Positions 1 through 9,480 of a stretch of DNA of 49,398 nucleotides are shown one piece after another. The stretch comes from Clostridiales bacterium (GTDB taxonomy: Bacteria > Bacillota > Clostridia > Christensenellales > CAG-314): contig JAFLVL010000004.1 in the NCBI GenBank assembly GCA_022508325.1, positions 1-49,398 on the forward strand. The letters run 5' to 3'. Position 1 is the stretch's first letter; the number at the start of each line of letters is the position of its first letter. The position numbers and the translations under genes were made by a program. The notes below the pieces were generated by a model that saw nothing but the letters and a program-made list of their open reading frames with translations, had not been told where the DNA came from and searched no databases.

Positions 1-49
1 GACCTTCGGGTTATGAGCCCGATGAGCTACCAGACTGCTCTACCCCGCG
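1..49 (-). tRNA. tRNA-fMet (CAT), 3' end truncated by window edge
   Basis: Minus strand reads CGCGGGGTAGAGCAGTCTGGTAGCTCATCGGGCTCATAACCCGAAGGTC. It has a C1 start, three G-C pairs closing the anticodon stem and a CAT anticodon, all typical of initiator tRNA. Confidence 0.95.
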
Positions 50-66
50 ATATTTAATGCTTGCTT

Positions 67-95
67 ATAATACAGCATTTCGCTAGACTTGTCAA
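67..95 (-). promoter_or_regulatory. sigma-A promoter of tRNA-fMet
   Basis: TTGACA-17 bp-TATTAT on the minus strand. Confidence 0.7.
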
Positions 96-212
96 GGATT
101 TTGCGTTAATTGTAGCAAAAAGACAAAATTTACTGTTTTACGGCAAAATTCTGTCCCACACGAACTGGCGTCCGCTGGGAATGGAGAACACAATTTCGCG
201 GAACATATTTAG

Positions 213-241
213 TTGCATTTCTACGCTACACATATTATAAT
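213..241 (+). promoter_or_regulatory. sigma-A promoter
   Basis: TTGCAT-17 bp-TATAAT upstream of ORF 284. Confidence 0.65.
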
Positions 242-283
242 GTATATCATAACTTTAGATTAAGTAAGTTTTAGGAGAAAGAA

Positions 284-943
284 ATGAAAGACGAGCCTAG
301 AGAACCGTTGAGTGTTGTCGCTGCGATAATAGTTACCATTGTATACGTTGCGGCTGCCGCGCTCTGCGTTTTGTGTTTAACGACGAATATAATCGCCGAG
401 CAGTTAGGCAACCTAATAACATCATTAGACGAAGCTTCTTTGCAGGCGCTTGTGAGACTTTACGGATATATGCTACTTGCGCTAATGCCGTCGGCTATCA
501 TATTTGTAGCCAACAAGGTGCCCTTTGAAATGACAACATTCACAAGAGTTTTGCTTTGGATTGTCGGCGTGCTCGGCATGGCAGGTCTAATCTGGTTGTT
601 CTTTAATATCTCCGCTCAACCCGAATATGCGGAACTGTTAGGCGACACATCTCACGACCTATACGGAATATTGTGGCTGCGCGTCTCCGCAATCGGTGCC
701 GCTTTGGGCGTAATTTCAATAAACGTAATGTCTAATTTTACCCCGAATTTCAATCCTAGCCATTGGTTGGGAAACTTTTGTGATGTGGTGTGGGAGTTCG
801 CGCAAGGACAAATCAGCTTTATTCTTTTTACACTTCTGATTTTTGTAACATTACCCTGGGCATTTTTGATACTGCCTATCGCAGGCATATACATTTTCGT
901 TCTGCTTACCACGTTGTATGCCTTGTGCGACTCGGGTGACTAA
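284..943 (+). CDS. hypothetical multi-pass membrane protein
   Basis: 219 aa with about 6 hydrophobic segments, AGGAG SD, own promoter and terminator. Confidence 0.8.
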   Translation: MKDEPREPLSVVAAIIVTIVYVAAAALCVLCLTTNIIAEQLGNLITSLDEASLQALVRLYGYMLLALMPSAIIFVANKVPFEMTTFTRVLLWIVGVLGMAGLIWLFFNISAQPEYAELLGDTSHDLYGILWLRVSAIGAALGVISINVMSNFTPNFNPSHWLGNFCDVVWEFAQGQISFILFTLLIFVTLPWAFLILPIAGIYIFVLLTTLYALCDSGD

Positions 944-947
944 AACT

Positions 948-982
948 AAAAAAGCGAGTACTCAAAAAGTACTCGCTTTTTT
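948..982 (+). terminator. intrinsic terminator
   Basis: AAAAAAGCGAGTACT-caaaa-AGTACTCGCTTTTTT. Confidence 0.85.
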
Positions 983-1126
983 CTTGCTCATTATTTTATA
1001 TTGATAGACCCTTGGCAAAACCTATAAGCTGTTTTTTATCTACCGCCGACATTCTCTTATACAAATTAAGTAGTTCTTCCTCATCCGAAGAAAGCGTACA
1101 GGAAGGTTGTCAAAGGAGAAAACATT

Positions 1127-1409
1127 ATGAAAGAAGAGAACAAAAAATGCTGGAGTTGTGGAAACTTTACCGCGTATTACACAAAAGGATTCTGCTGCCT
1201 TTTTAAAACCGACAATAGATTCTGCAGTAAGCAAAAGAAGGTTGTGGAAAAAAAGCGATAAATGTGAAAATTGGCATTGTTGTTCTATACCGAGAAGAAG
1301 ACGCGCCTATATTGCCGTCCATTCAATTCCCAAAATTTACCAGAAGATCGCCATCGTTGAAGAAATTTTGCATGAGGACGAAATAATAGCAAAACTACGA
1401 AACGAATAA
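1127..1409 (+). pseudogene. small Cys-rich protein (~93 aa) frameshifted in an A7 run
   Basis: AAGGAG SD and ATG 1127 give MKEENKKCWSCGNFTAYYTKGFCC...FCSKQKKVVEK, stopping at 1259-1261. Removing one A from the A7 at 1248-1254 continues into SDKCENWHCC...LRNE* (1409). Confidence 0.7.
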
Positions 1410-1430
1410 ATCCAACGTCACCAACTTCCA

Positions 1431-1466
1431 AAAGCCTCAACTGACAGTTCGGTTGAGGTTTTTTTT
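1431..1466 (+). terminator. intrinsic terminator
   Basis: CCTCAACTGA-cagt-TCGGTTGAGG followed by T8. Confidence 0.8.
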
Positions 1467-1509
1467 CGTGCAGCATTGAGAATTTCGTCGCTAAATGGCG
1501 CATTTTGTC

Positions 1510-1538
1510 TTGCTTTTAGGCGTAAAAAATTGTATAAT
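1510..1538 (+). promoter_or_regulatory. sigma-A promoter
   Basis: TTGCTT-17 bp-TATAAT. Confidence 0.6.
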
Positions 1539-1572
1539 ATTTTTTCATGAATTATATAAAGGAAGATAACAA

Positions 1573-3108
1573 ATGAAAATTGCACTGACAGGCGCAACCG
1601 GTAATATGGGTGTTCAAGCTGTACGCGAGCTTATAAAGCTGCCGGACACAGAGCTGAGAATGCTCGTATTCAAGGGCGAAAAGCGCATCCGCGAAATAAA
1701 AAGAATTTGCAAAATTGACAGAAACCGTATTGAATTCGTATACGGCGGACTAAACGACGCAGAGGCAGTAGCCCGACTTGTTCAGGACGTGGACTACGTT
1801 GTCAATATGGCGGCAGTCATCCCGCCCCACAGCGACCAACACCCCGAACGTGCCATTGACTGCAATGAACGCGGCGTTGATACGCTGGTGTCGGCAATCG
1901 AGGCTCTTTCTCCGCAACCCAAGCTCATACATATATCTACAGTTGCACTCTACGGCAACCGCAACGAAAAGCACCTCTGGGGACGCGTGGGAGACCCATT
2001 GCTTATCAGTCCATTCGATATTTACTCCCTCACAAAATTGCGCGGCGAATTCCGCGTGTTGGAGAGCGAGATTCAATTCAAGACGGTACTGCGCCAAACG
2101 GCAATACTGCACAGCCACATGCTCAGCGACAACATGAGCGACGGACTCATGTTCCACACCTGTTTCAACGCACCGCTGGAGTGGGTCACAGCCGAAGATT
2201 CGGGTCTGCTCATCGCCAACATTATTAAACGCGACGCTGTAGATACAGGCGAGCTTCAAGAGACCTTTTGGAACAAGTGCTTCAACATTGGCGGAGGTCT
2301 CGTCAACTGCGTGACAGGCTACGAAGTGCTAAACGACGGATTTGAGATTATAGGCGGCACGGTAAAGGACTTCTTTGACCCCGATTTCAACGCGACGCGC
2401 AATTTCCACGGTGTATGGTTTGCCGACAGCAACGCGCTGAACGACCTATTCCACTACCAACGCCAAAGCACGGCAGACTTTTGGGCGCAATTCAAGCGTG
2501 AGCACGGCATATTGAAAGCGGGCAAAATCGTACCCAAAAAATGGTTGAAAAAGCTGGCTATAGAACGGTTATTCAAGAATAAGAATTCCGTTAGGTACTG
2601 GTACGACCACGCAGACGAGGCAAAATTGATTGCTTATTTCGGCGGCAAGCCGCAATACGAGGCGATTGGCAAGGATTGGTCGAAATTCACACTGCTACGC
2701 GAAAGCGCAGATTATAATACACTGTTAAACCGCGAAACCGCGCCGCTTGCAGACATTGGATACGACCCGACAAGACGCGTAACGCTTCAAGACCTGGCTA
2801 TTCTCGCGCAAAAGCACGGCGGAAAACTGCTGTCTATGCACGGCGGAGTAAACACCCGCTTGGAATGGGAAAACAGTGACGGAGTTCGTTTCACCGCAAA
2901 GGGCTACACCGTCATGTGCGGACATTGGATTAATCCCTGCTACGGCAAAAAGTACTATCCCGACTACCCCGAATACAGTTGGGACTTCGACCGCCTTGCA
3001 AAAAAGGACGCGCTTATCGGTCAGGTTTGGTACGACAGCCACGACCCGAACGAGGACAATTTCTATTATTACGGGGACAATTTCGAAGCTAAATACAGGA
3101 AAATATAA
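1573..3108 (+). CDS. NAD-dependent epimerase/dehydratase (extended SDR) with C-terminal extension
   Basis: TGATGNMG Rossmann motif, HIST, catalytic YSLTK (YxxxK). Confidence 0.85.
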   Translation: MKIALTGATGNMGVQAVRELIKLPDTELRMLVFKGEKRIREIKRICKIDRNRIEFVYGGLNDAEAVARLVQDVDYVVNMAAVIPPHSDQHPERAIDCNERGVDTLVSAIEALSPQPKLIHISTVALYGNRNEKHLWGRVGDPLLISPFDIYSLTKLRGEFRVLESEIQFKTVLRQTAILHSHMLSDNMSDGLMFHTCFNAPLEWVTAEDSGLLIANIIKRDAVDTGELQETFWNKCFNIGGGLVNCVTGYEVLNDGFEIIGGTVKDFFDPDFNATRNFHGVWFADSNALNDLFHYQRQSTADFWAQFKREHGILKAGKIVPKKWLKKLAIERLFKNKNSVRYWYDHADEAKLIAYFGGKPQYEAIGKDWSKFTLLRESADYNTLLNRETAPLADIGYDPTRRVTLQDLAILAQKHGGKLLSMHGGVNTRLEWENSDGVRFTAKGYTVMCGHWINPCYGKKYYPDYPEYSWDFDRLAKKDALIGQVWYDSHDPNEDNFYYYGDNFEAKYRKI

Positions 3109-3992
3109 TGAAAGTTGTAATATGTTACTTTTCGGGTACCGGCAATACGGCTAAAATTGTGGAAAAGTACCGCGAACAGTTGACACAGCATTGTGATACG
3201 GTAGAGACATACGCCATGGAAAAGCTGTTGTGTGACGGCATACCCGAAGAATTTCTAAATAATCTAAACGACGCCGATTTACTTGGAATAGGCTACCCTA
3301 TACATGCCTTCAACGCGCCGTCGATAGTGCTCAAATTTGTAAAGAGTCTGCCGAAAGCAACTGAAAAAAAGCGCGCGTTCATATTCAGCGCGTCGGGCGA
3401 ACCGTTGAAGTTAAACAATATCAGCTCACTCAAAACGTGTAAGCTACTCAAACGCCGCAATTACACTGTGACTAATGAATACCGTTACGTAATGCCCTAC
3501 AACATTATGTTCCGTCACAGCGACACGATGGCGTTCCGCATGTGGGACGCGGCGCAAAAAATGATACCGTTGGACGTTGCCGAAATAGTTGACGGCAGGG
3601 AAAAGCGCTTAAAACGCGTATTTTGCGGTAGCTTTATCGCGTGGGCTATGCGTTGCGAGCATTGGGGCGGACGGCTAAACGGACGAATGTATAAGGTGGA
3701 CGAAAAATGCGCGCAATGTCAAAAATGCGTAAACGTCTGCCCAACCAAAAACGTTACGTTAAAGGACGGAAAGATAAAATTCGGCAAAAACTGCCTAATG
3801 TGTCAGCGTTGTATTCAGCTCTGCCCGAAAGACGCAATCAAGATGGGCTTGTTCAACAAGTGGAAGGTCAACGGCGTATACAGCTTCACAGAGCCAACCG
3901 AGGCGCAAGAACAGAAATACAACAAAATGTTGACGAAATCGTACAAAAAATATTTTGAAGAATGCAATAACCGCATAGAAAAAGACGCATAA
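3108..3992 (+). CDS. EFR1-family flavodoxin/4Fe-4S ferredoxin fusion
   Basis: YFSGTGNT flavodoxin motif, CAQCQKCVNVCP and CLMCQRCIQLCP; coupled to the upstream stop (TAATG). Confidence 0.9.
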   Translation: MKVVICYFSGTGNTAKIVEKYREQLTQHCDTVETYAMEKLLCDGIPEEFLNNLNDADLLGIGYPIHAFNAPSIVLKFVKSLPKATEKKRAFIFSASGEPLKLNNISSLKTCKLLKRRNYTVTNEYRYVMPYNIMFRHSDTMAFRMWDAAQKMIPLDVAEIVDGREKRLKRVFCGSFIAWAMRCEHWGGRLNGRMYKVDEKCAQCQKCVNVCPTKNVTLKDGKIKFGKNCLMCQRCIQLCPKDAIKMGLFNKWKVNGVYSFTEPTEAQEQKYNKMLTKSYKKYFEECNNRIEKDA

Positions 3993-4005
3993 ATGCGTCT
4001 TTTTT
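3979..4005. terminator. bidirectional terminator between convergent genes
   Basis: AAAAAGACGCAT-aa-ATGCGTCTTTTT. Confidence 0.75.
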
Positions 4006-4450
4006 ATTGTCTTTTAGATTTGAAATAATTTGTCAGTAGTTCGGAACACTCGGTTTCGAGGACGCCGCCGTGGAGGGTCAGCTCGTGGTTTAATGTGCGC
4101 CCAATCATCTCGGAAAGTGCGACACAGCCTTTGCCACTCAGGTCGAATGCGCCGAAATAGACGTTACTGATTCTCGCGTTGTAGCACGCGCCAAGACACA
4201 TTACGCATGGCTCCAATGTCACGTAGAGGTCGCAACCGGAAAGACGCCAGTCTCCGAGTTTCCTGCAGGCGCGCTCTATCGCCACGAGTTCGGCGTGTTC
4301 GACGGCGTTACGCGACGCGTTTCTCGTGTTGTGCGCGCGGGAAATAATCTCGCCGTTTCTCACCACCACGCAGCCGATAGGTACTTCGTCATTTTTGTAG
4401 GAAATTTGCGCTTGCTTCAACGCAAGTCTCATATAGTGTTCGTGTATCAT
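4004..4450 (-). CDS. tadA: tRNA adenosine(34) deaminase / nucleoside deaminase
   Basis: EVPIG, HAE, WRL, LYVTLEPCVMC motifs. Confidence 0.9.
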   Translation of the reverse strand: MIHEHYMRLALKQAQISYKNDEVPIGCVVVRNGEIISRAHNTRNASRNAVEHAELVAIERACRKLGDWRLSGCDLYVTLEPCVMCLGACYNARISNVYFGAFDLSGKGCVALSEMIGRTLNHELTLHGGVLETECSELLTNYFKSKRQ

Positions 4451-6186
4451 AATTTAATCTTGCTGTTTATTACGCGCATCATCTCAGCATCAACTTTGAG
4501 TACTCTACGGTCATAAGTCAACAAACCGTTAACCTCGTCCTCGACGTCACTCACCTGCGTATATACCGCGGCAGACAGTCCTTTGTCTATCTGCGCGATT
4601 ACGTCCCGCTCGTACAGCTCCTTGACACCTTGGTTGAAATCGTTGAGCGTCTCAAACTTCTTGTAGCTATACGTTGCCTCGGGGTTGAAGCTGTGCTCCC
4701 CGTCCTTGAAGCTGTAACCGCCGAATTCCGTCAGGCATACCGCCCTAAGTGTGCCCTTGGGTAGCTTCACCTTTTTGAAATAAACGTGTAGACTCTTGAT
4801 GTCTCCACCGCCTTGATCATGCCAACCGCTGGCTTGGTCAATTACGCGCGTTTTGTCGAGTGTACGCGTGTAGTCGGTCATTTTGTTGGCGTCAAACTGT
4901 CCCCAACCCTCGTTAAATATAACCCATGTAGCGATACTTACGCAGTTGTAGAGCTGGGCAATCATTTCGGTGTATTCGCGAACGAACATTTCCCTGCCAT
5001 CCTTATTGGTGCGAGAAAATCTGACATATTGGTTGTCTTTGATTTTGTTCACGCCGATAAATGGCAGATAGAGCGTTGTGAATTTGTTTTGACGGCTGCC
5101 ACCGCTGGGCATATCCTGCCAAACGAGCATACCGAGTCTGTCACAATGGTAGTACCAACGCATAGGCTCTACCTTGATATGCTTGCGTAGCATATTGAAG
5201 CCTAGCTCCTTCATAGTCTTGATGTCGTAGACCATCGCCTCGTCGCTCGGCGGGGTATACAGACCGTCGCTGTAATAGCCTTGGTCGAGCAAACCGTTGT
5301 GAAAATACGGTTTATTGTTGAGCATAAGACGACGGAAACCGCCGACCGTGTCAACGCTGAATTTACGCATACCGAAATAGCTCTCCACTTGGTCACGGCG
5401 AGAAATGAGCTTCAAACCGTACAAATGGGGATTTTCCGGCGACCAAAGAGTGAATTTGCCGTCGGGAAAACGTAGCGTCACTGACCCTACGCCGTCCGAC
5501 TTGACAATCTCTTCGCCACCGTCGGTCACAATCACCGTGAACGGCTCGTCGAATGTACAGTCTGCCTCCACCGTCACCGTTGCGTCGTCGATATTGGGCG
5601 TCACGCGAATACTCTTGATATATTGCGCGGGCACACTTTCAAGCCATACCGTCTGCCAAATACCGCTTTGTGGCGTATACCACATTCCGCCGCGACGCGT
5701 GGACTGTTTGCCCGCCGTATAGTAGCTTGTGTCCGTTAAATCGCGCACTTTCACCACCAATTCGTTGTCCTTTTCGAGGAGCGCAGGGGTAATATCCACG
5801 GAAAAAGCGTTATAGCCGCCCTCGTGGTGACATAAATGCTGTCCATTCACAAAAACGTCGCAAATGCTGTCTACTGCGCCGAAATTGAGCAATACTAAAT
5901 CCTTTACAAAACCCTTTTGCACAGTGAAAAACTTGCGATAAAACAAAAATTCCTTGGGTTTTAGCTGTCGATTTACGCCTGAAAGCGGACTTTCGGGAGA
6001 AAATGGCACCAAAATTTTGCCATCGTAATTAGTCGGCAAGTCGCCCTTCTTGGTTATTGCGTAATCCCAAAGTCCGTTGAGATTAACGTAACTTTTGCGC
6101 TCTAATTGCGGGCGCGGATACTCCTGCAAAGGTTTATCTGTAAGTTTTTCGCCCCATACGGTTGGCAAATCGCGCAATGTCATCAC
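4447..6186 (-). CDS. glycoside hydrolase family 2 (beta-galactosidase/glucuronidase-like)
   Basis: EYPRPQ, LNGLW, LLDQGY, RKHIKVEP, NEGWGQ, TEFGG. Confidence 0.9.
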   Translation of the reverse strand: MMTLRDLPTVWGEKLTDKPLQEYPRPQLERKSYVNLNGLWDYAITKKGDLPTNYDGKILVPFSPESPLSGVNRQLKPKEFLFYRKFFTVQKGFVKDLVLLNFGAVDSICDVFVNGQHLCHHEGGYNAFSVDITPALLEKDNELVVKVRDLTDTSYYTAGKQSTRRGGMWYTPQSGIWQTVWLESVPAQYIKSIRVTPNIDDATVTVEADCTFDEPFTVIVTDGGEEIVKSDGVGSVTLRFPDGKFTLWSPENPHLYGLKLISRRDQVESYFGMRKFSVDTVGGFRRLMLNNKPYFHNGLLDQGYYSDGLYTPPSDEAMVYDIKTMKELGFNMLRKHIKVEPMRWYYHCDRLGMLVWQDMPSGGSRQNKFTTLYLPFIGVNKIKDNQYVRFSRTNKDGREMFVREYTEMIAQLYNCVSIATWVIFNEGWGQFDANKMTDYTRTLDKTRVIDQASGWHDQGGGDIKSLHVYFKKVKLPKGTLRAVCLTEFGGYSFKDGEHSFNPEATYSYKKFETLNDFNQGVKELYERDVIAQIDKGLSAAVYTQVSDVEDEVNGLLTYDRRVLKVDAEMMRVINSKIKL

Positions 6187-6665
6187 TTTTCTCCTTTCGA
6201 CGTTGAACCCAGTCCGCCGTTGCGTGTTTCAGTCGTGTCGTCGTCCTCCGTCAAGAGATACTGCACGAATATGCCCTGCGCAAAGGCAGAGCCTTGCTCG
6301 ATTTCTAACAGCTTGTCGCTCTCGTTGGTCATGCGAATGAAAATATGTCCTTCGTTGTCGCTGTCACTGTAATCGGCGTCGATTATGCCTACGGTATTGT
6401 TCAGACGCAATTTATATTTGAAGCCGAGACCGCTCCTTGGAAAAATCATCAGACACCAGCTATCGGGCATAAGCGCGCGAATGCCTGTCGCTACCGTCAC
6501 CGTTTGATTGGGTGCGACAGTAAGCTTTGTCGGCGCGAAGAAGTCGTAGCCCGCGCTTTTTGCCGTAGCGCGACGGGGCAGCTTGATTGCGTCGTATATT
6601 TCGCGCGAACCGTTTTCACTAAACGTAACGAAACTTACTTTTTCAAATTTTGCAGATTTTCTCAT
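6183..6665 (-). CDS. dut: trimeric dUTPase
   Basis: SAGYD, PRSGLG, GIIDADY, AQGIF, RNGGLGST. Start moved to ATG 6665 (AAGGA SD). Confidence 0.92.
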   Translation of the reverse strand: MRKSAKFEKVSFVTFSENGSREIYDAIKLPRRATAKSAGYDFFAPTKLTVAPNQTVTVATGIRALMPDSWCLMIFPRSGLGFKYKLRLNNTVGIIDADYSDSDNEGHIFIRMTNESDKLLEIEQGSAFAQGIFVQYLLTEDDDTTETRNGGLGSTSKGEK

Positions 6666-6720
6666 GTTTTTTCCTTTGAGTATCATTTTTTTATCGGTAT
6701 TCCGATAGGGCATTTATTAA

Positions 6721-6785
6721 AGGCGAGGGCGTTCGGGTGTGGCGCATAGCGCAGCTCCAAGTCCACACACGGAATGACCGAGCCG
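6721..6785 (-). repeat. REP-like hairpin family B, copy after uvrC stop
   Basis: CGGCTCGGTCATTCCGTGTG...CACACCCGAACGCCCTCGCCT, homologous to the copies at 42123, 47763 and 48305. Confidence 0.85.
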
Positions 6786-8609
6786 TTATTCTTGGTGCAG
6801 GTATTGATACAACTTCTCCGCAGTTGCGCGCGTCATACCTTTGACTTCGGCTAGCTCCTCTACCGTTGCCGCCTTCAAATTTTCCATCGACTTGAACTTG
6901 CGGTGTAATTCAATGCGCCGCTTCTCGCCTATGCCTTCGACGTCCTGCAAAACAGACTTAATACTATTCTTGTTGTGTAGCTTGCGGAAATAGGTTATAG
7001 CAAAGCGGTGGCTCTCGTCGCGAATGTTGATGAGCAAATTCAACGCGTAGCTATTGCGCGGCAAGAAGGTCGGTTCGTTAGTGCCCAGCTTATATACCAA
7101 TTCTTCGCGCTTGGCAAGAGACACAAGTTGAACCTCTACGCCGCATTCTTCCATTGCCTGACGCGCGTAGTCCAGCTGTCCCAGACCACCGTCCACGACG
7201 ATGAGGTCGGGGTTCTTGCCGAACACTCCGTCGTCGGCTTTCATGCGTTCGAAACGACGTGTTAATACCTCTTTCATACTGGCAAAATCGTTTGCGCCTT
7301 CGACGGTTTTTATGCGAAAACGGCGGTATTGTGAAGCGTCCTTTTGACCGTTGGTGAACACCACCATACTCGCCACCTTATCTACGCCCTGCACATTGCT
7401 TATGTCGTAACATTCTACGCGAGTTGGCAGTTTTTTCAACCCCAGTAGTTCTTTTAACTGCAAAACCGCGCCGTGAGTCGTGTTGTATTTCTTGTCAATC
7501 GCCGTCTGACTCTTGGTCAAATATTCTACGGCATTGCGATAAGCCATGTCTACGAGTCGTTTCTTATCCTGCTTTTGCGGGCAGAAAATTTGCGTCTTTA
7601 CGCCCGTTTTTTCCTGTATCAAAGCGCACAGCTCGTCGGCATCGGGCAAAGGCATATTGACGTAAATTTCTCCGCACAGCTTGACCATATCGCAGTACTC
7701 CGCAAGAAAACTGGACAGCGTCTGCGCCTCGTCTATACCGGCGTCAGACACGGCGTTGTTGTCGGAGAAAATTACTTTGCCACCGCGAATCATAGTGTGG
7801 TTGACGACGCAATTCTTGCCGTTAGACGCCACCGCGAACATATCGTAATCGACGAATTTGTTAAGCACCACTATGCGCTGTTGAGATATTTTGTCAATCA
7901 GTTGCAAGTACCGCTTGTAGGTCAGCGCTTGCTCGTACATCATCTTCTCCGACGCCGTCATCATCTTCCGGTCGAGAACTTGTCTCACCTCGCTATCGTC
8001 GCCGCTGAGGAATGCCACGGCGCGATTGACAATTTTGCGGTATTCTTCTTTGGTTACGTTGCCAATACAGGGTGCGCAACACTTGCCTATGTGATAATTG
8101 AGACACGGGCGAAAGTTTTTGGGCAATTTATTAAAATTATTGTTGCAGGTTACCGTAGGAAAACAGCTACCGAGAATATCAAGAAAGGACTTTGCGCCGC
8201 CCTGTGTTATAGGTCCGAAATACTTGAATTTGTCCTTTTGTAGCTTGCGAGTGGAGATAAATTTGGGGTAATCCGCCGATAAATCCACCTTTATATATGG
8301 GTATTGCTTGTCGTCCTTCAACAAAATGTTATAGGGCGGGGTGTGTTTCTTGATAAGAGTATTTTCCAGACTCAGCGCGTCCGTTTCGCTTGCCGTGATG
8401 ATATAGCGAAAGTCGGCGACGTGAGTGAGCATTGCCAGCACCTTCTCCGACTTATTCGTCGAGGCGTGAAAGTACTGACGAACGCGATTTTTGAGAATTT
8501 TTGCCTTGCCAACGTACAAAATATTGCCATCGGCGTCGTACATAATATACACGCCGGGTTCGTCCGGAAGATTTTTCAATTTTGTTTGCAAATCTACGTT
8601 GGGAATCAT
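6786..8609 (-). CDS. uvrC: excinuclease ABC subunit C
   Basis: GIY-YIG (PGVYIM..YVGKAKILKNRV), ECYDISN, VDGGLGQ, RDESHRFA, HhH. Confidence 0.97.
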   Translation of the reverse strand: MIPNVDLQTKLKNLPDEPGVYIMYDADGNILYVGKAKILKNRVRQYFHASTNKSEKVLAMLTHVADFRYIITASETDALSLENTLIKKHTPPYNILLKDDKQYPYIKVDLSADYPKFISTRKLQKDKFKYFGPITQGGAKSFLDILGSCFPTVTCNNNFNKLPKNFRPCLNYHIGKCCAPCIGNVTKEEYRKIVNRAVAFLSGDDSEVRQVLDRKMMTASEKMMYEQALTYKRYLQLIDKISQQRIVVLNKFVDYDMFAVASNGKNCVVNHTMIRGGKVIFSDNNAVSDAGIDEAQTLSSFLAEYCDMVKLCGEIYVNMPLPDADELCALIQEKTGVKTQIFCPQKQDKKRLVDMAYRNAVEYLTKSQTAIDKKYNTTHGAVLQLKELLGLKKLPTRVECYDISNVQGVDKVASMVVFTNGQKDASQYRRFRIKTVEGANDFASMKEVLTRRFERMKADDGVFGKNPDLIVVDGGLGQLDYARQAMEECGVEVQLVSLAKREELVYKLGTNEPTFLPRNSYALNLLINIRDESHRFAITYFRKLHNKNSIKSVLQDVEGIGEKRRIELHRKFKSMENLKAATVEELAEVKGMTRATAEKLYQYLHQE

Positions 8610-8615
8610 AGTTAC

Positions 8616-8624
8616 ATTATATCA
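8616..8624 (-). promoter_or_regulatory. extended -10 promoter, leaderless uvrC
   Basis: TGA-TATAAT 6 nt upstream of the ATG; no SD. Confidence 0.65.
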
Positions 8625-8644
8625 TAAAACAGAGACAAAAACAC

Positions 8645-8683
8645 AAAAAAGTGAAGTTTCGCACATCAAAACTTCACTTTTTT
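8645..8683 (-). terminator. intrinsic terminator of the addBA operon
   Basis: AAAAAAGTGAAGTTT...AAACTTCACTTTTTT. Confidence 0.8.
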
Positions 8684-8699
8684 AAGTTGTCTGATTGTT

Positions 8700-9437
8700 T
8701 TAGCCGATTTTCGGCGCGTTTCGCGCGTACGCTTGCAAAAGTCCGTTCAACGCAGTGTTCAGCTTGCGCTGTTGCTCCACACTGCGGTTACAGTCAAGTC
8801 CCTTTCCGCGAAGTAGTGCGGACGCCTCTCCGATTACCACGTCGGTGACTCCGTTTTTCTTGAGATTATTGAGCTTAGCGACCGTTTCTTCGATTATTGC
8901 GTCGTCACTTTTGGGTAGACTTGCCGCGCTGTTGAGTAGAGACACAAGCTTGCCGAAAATTTGCTTTGCGTAACGTTCGTTCTTGCGATTAATGGCTTTG
9001 TTGGCAACCATTATCAGACCGAAAGCCAGCCAAAACGCCACTTGATAGAGAATATAACCTATTTGAGCGTTAGTCAATGCGAAAACGGCAACGTAAAGCG
9101 AGCTTGCAACCGCCACAATTACTATTAGACACACGAGGTGAATTTTGCCACGCAAAGGCACAAATTCGAACACACTTGAGGGTTTTTCTGCGCCGCTATT
9201 GACGAAAGCGCGCCATTGACGGCGATATGTTTCGGGCAAAAGATTGGCGTACAGTCCTACTTTGTCGGGGTAAGACGCAATGATTCGCGAACAATAGGCG
9301 ATTTTTTTGTTTTGTCTGCGATAAACGTTGCTTGCCCAGTTGACTATGCCGAATAGAAAAAGCAAAGCCGCAATCGCGGGTAATACGTACAGACAGTAAT
9401 CGTTTAGAAAGTTGAGTACAACGTTAATATATTCCAT
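8700..9437 (-). CDS. hypothetical membrane protein
   Basis: 3 hydrophobic segments; GGAGG SD before ATG 9437. Confidence 0.75.
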   Translation of the reverse strand: MEYINVVLNFLNDYCLYVLPAIAALLFLFGIVNWASNVYRRQNKKIAYCSRIIASYPDKVGLYANLLPETYRRQWRAFVNSGAEKPSSVFEFVPLRGKIHLVCLIVIVAVASSLYVAVFALTNAQIGYILYQVAFWLAFGLIMVANKAINRKNERYAKQIFGKLVSLLNSAASLPKSDDAIIEETVAKLNNLKKNGVTDVVIGEASALLRGKGLDCNRSVEQQRKLNTALNGLLQAYARNAPKIG

Positions 9438-9480
9438 AAAGACCTCCGTTTTGTTCAAGTGTTGACAATTACAACACCGT

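Noticed and set aside
1249-1255. A_AAA_AAG slippery heptamer as a programmed -1 frameshift
   Set aside because: The Cys-rich continuation is in the +1 frame; the -1 frame gives no convincing sequence.
7473-8243. 256-aa ORF antisense to uvrC
   Set aside because: Shadow ORF of a conserved gene; no SD or motif.
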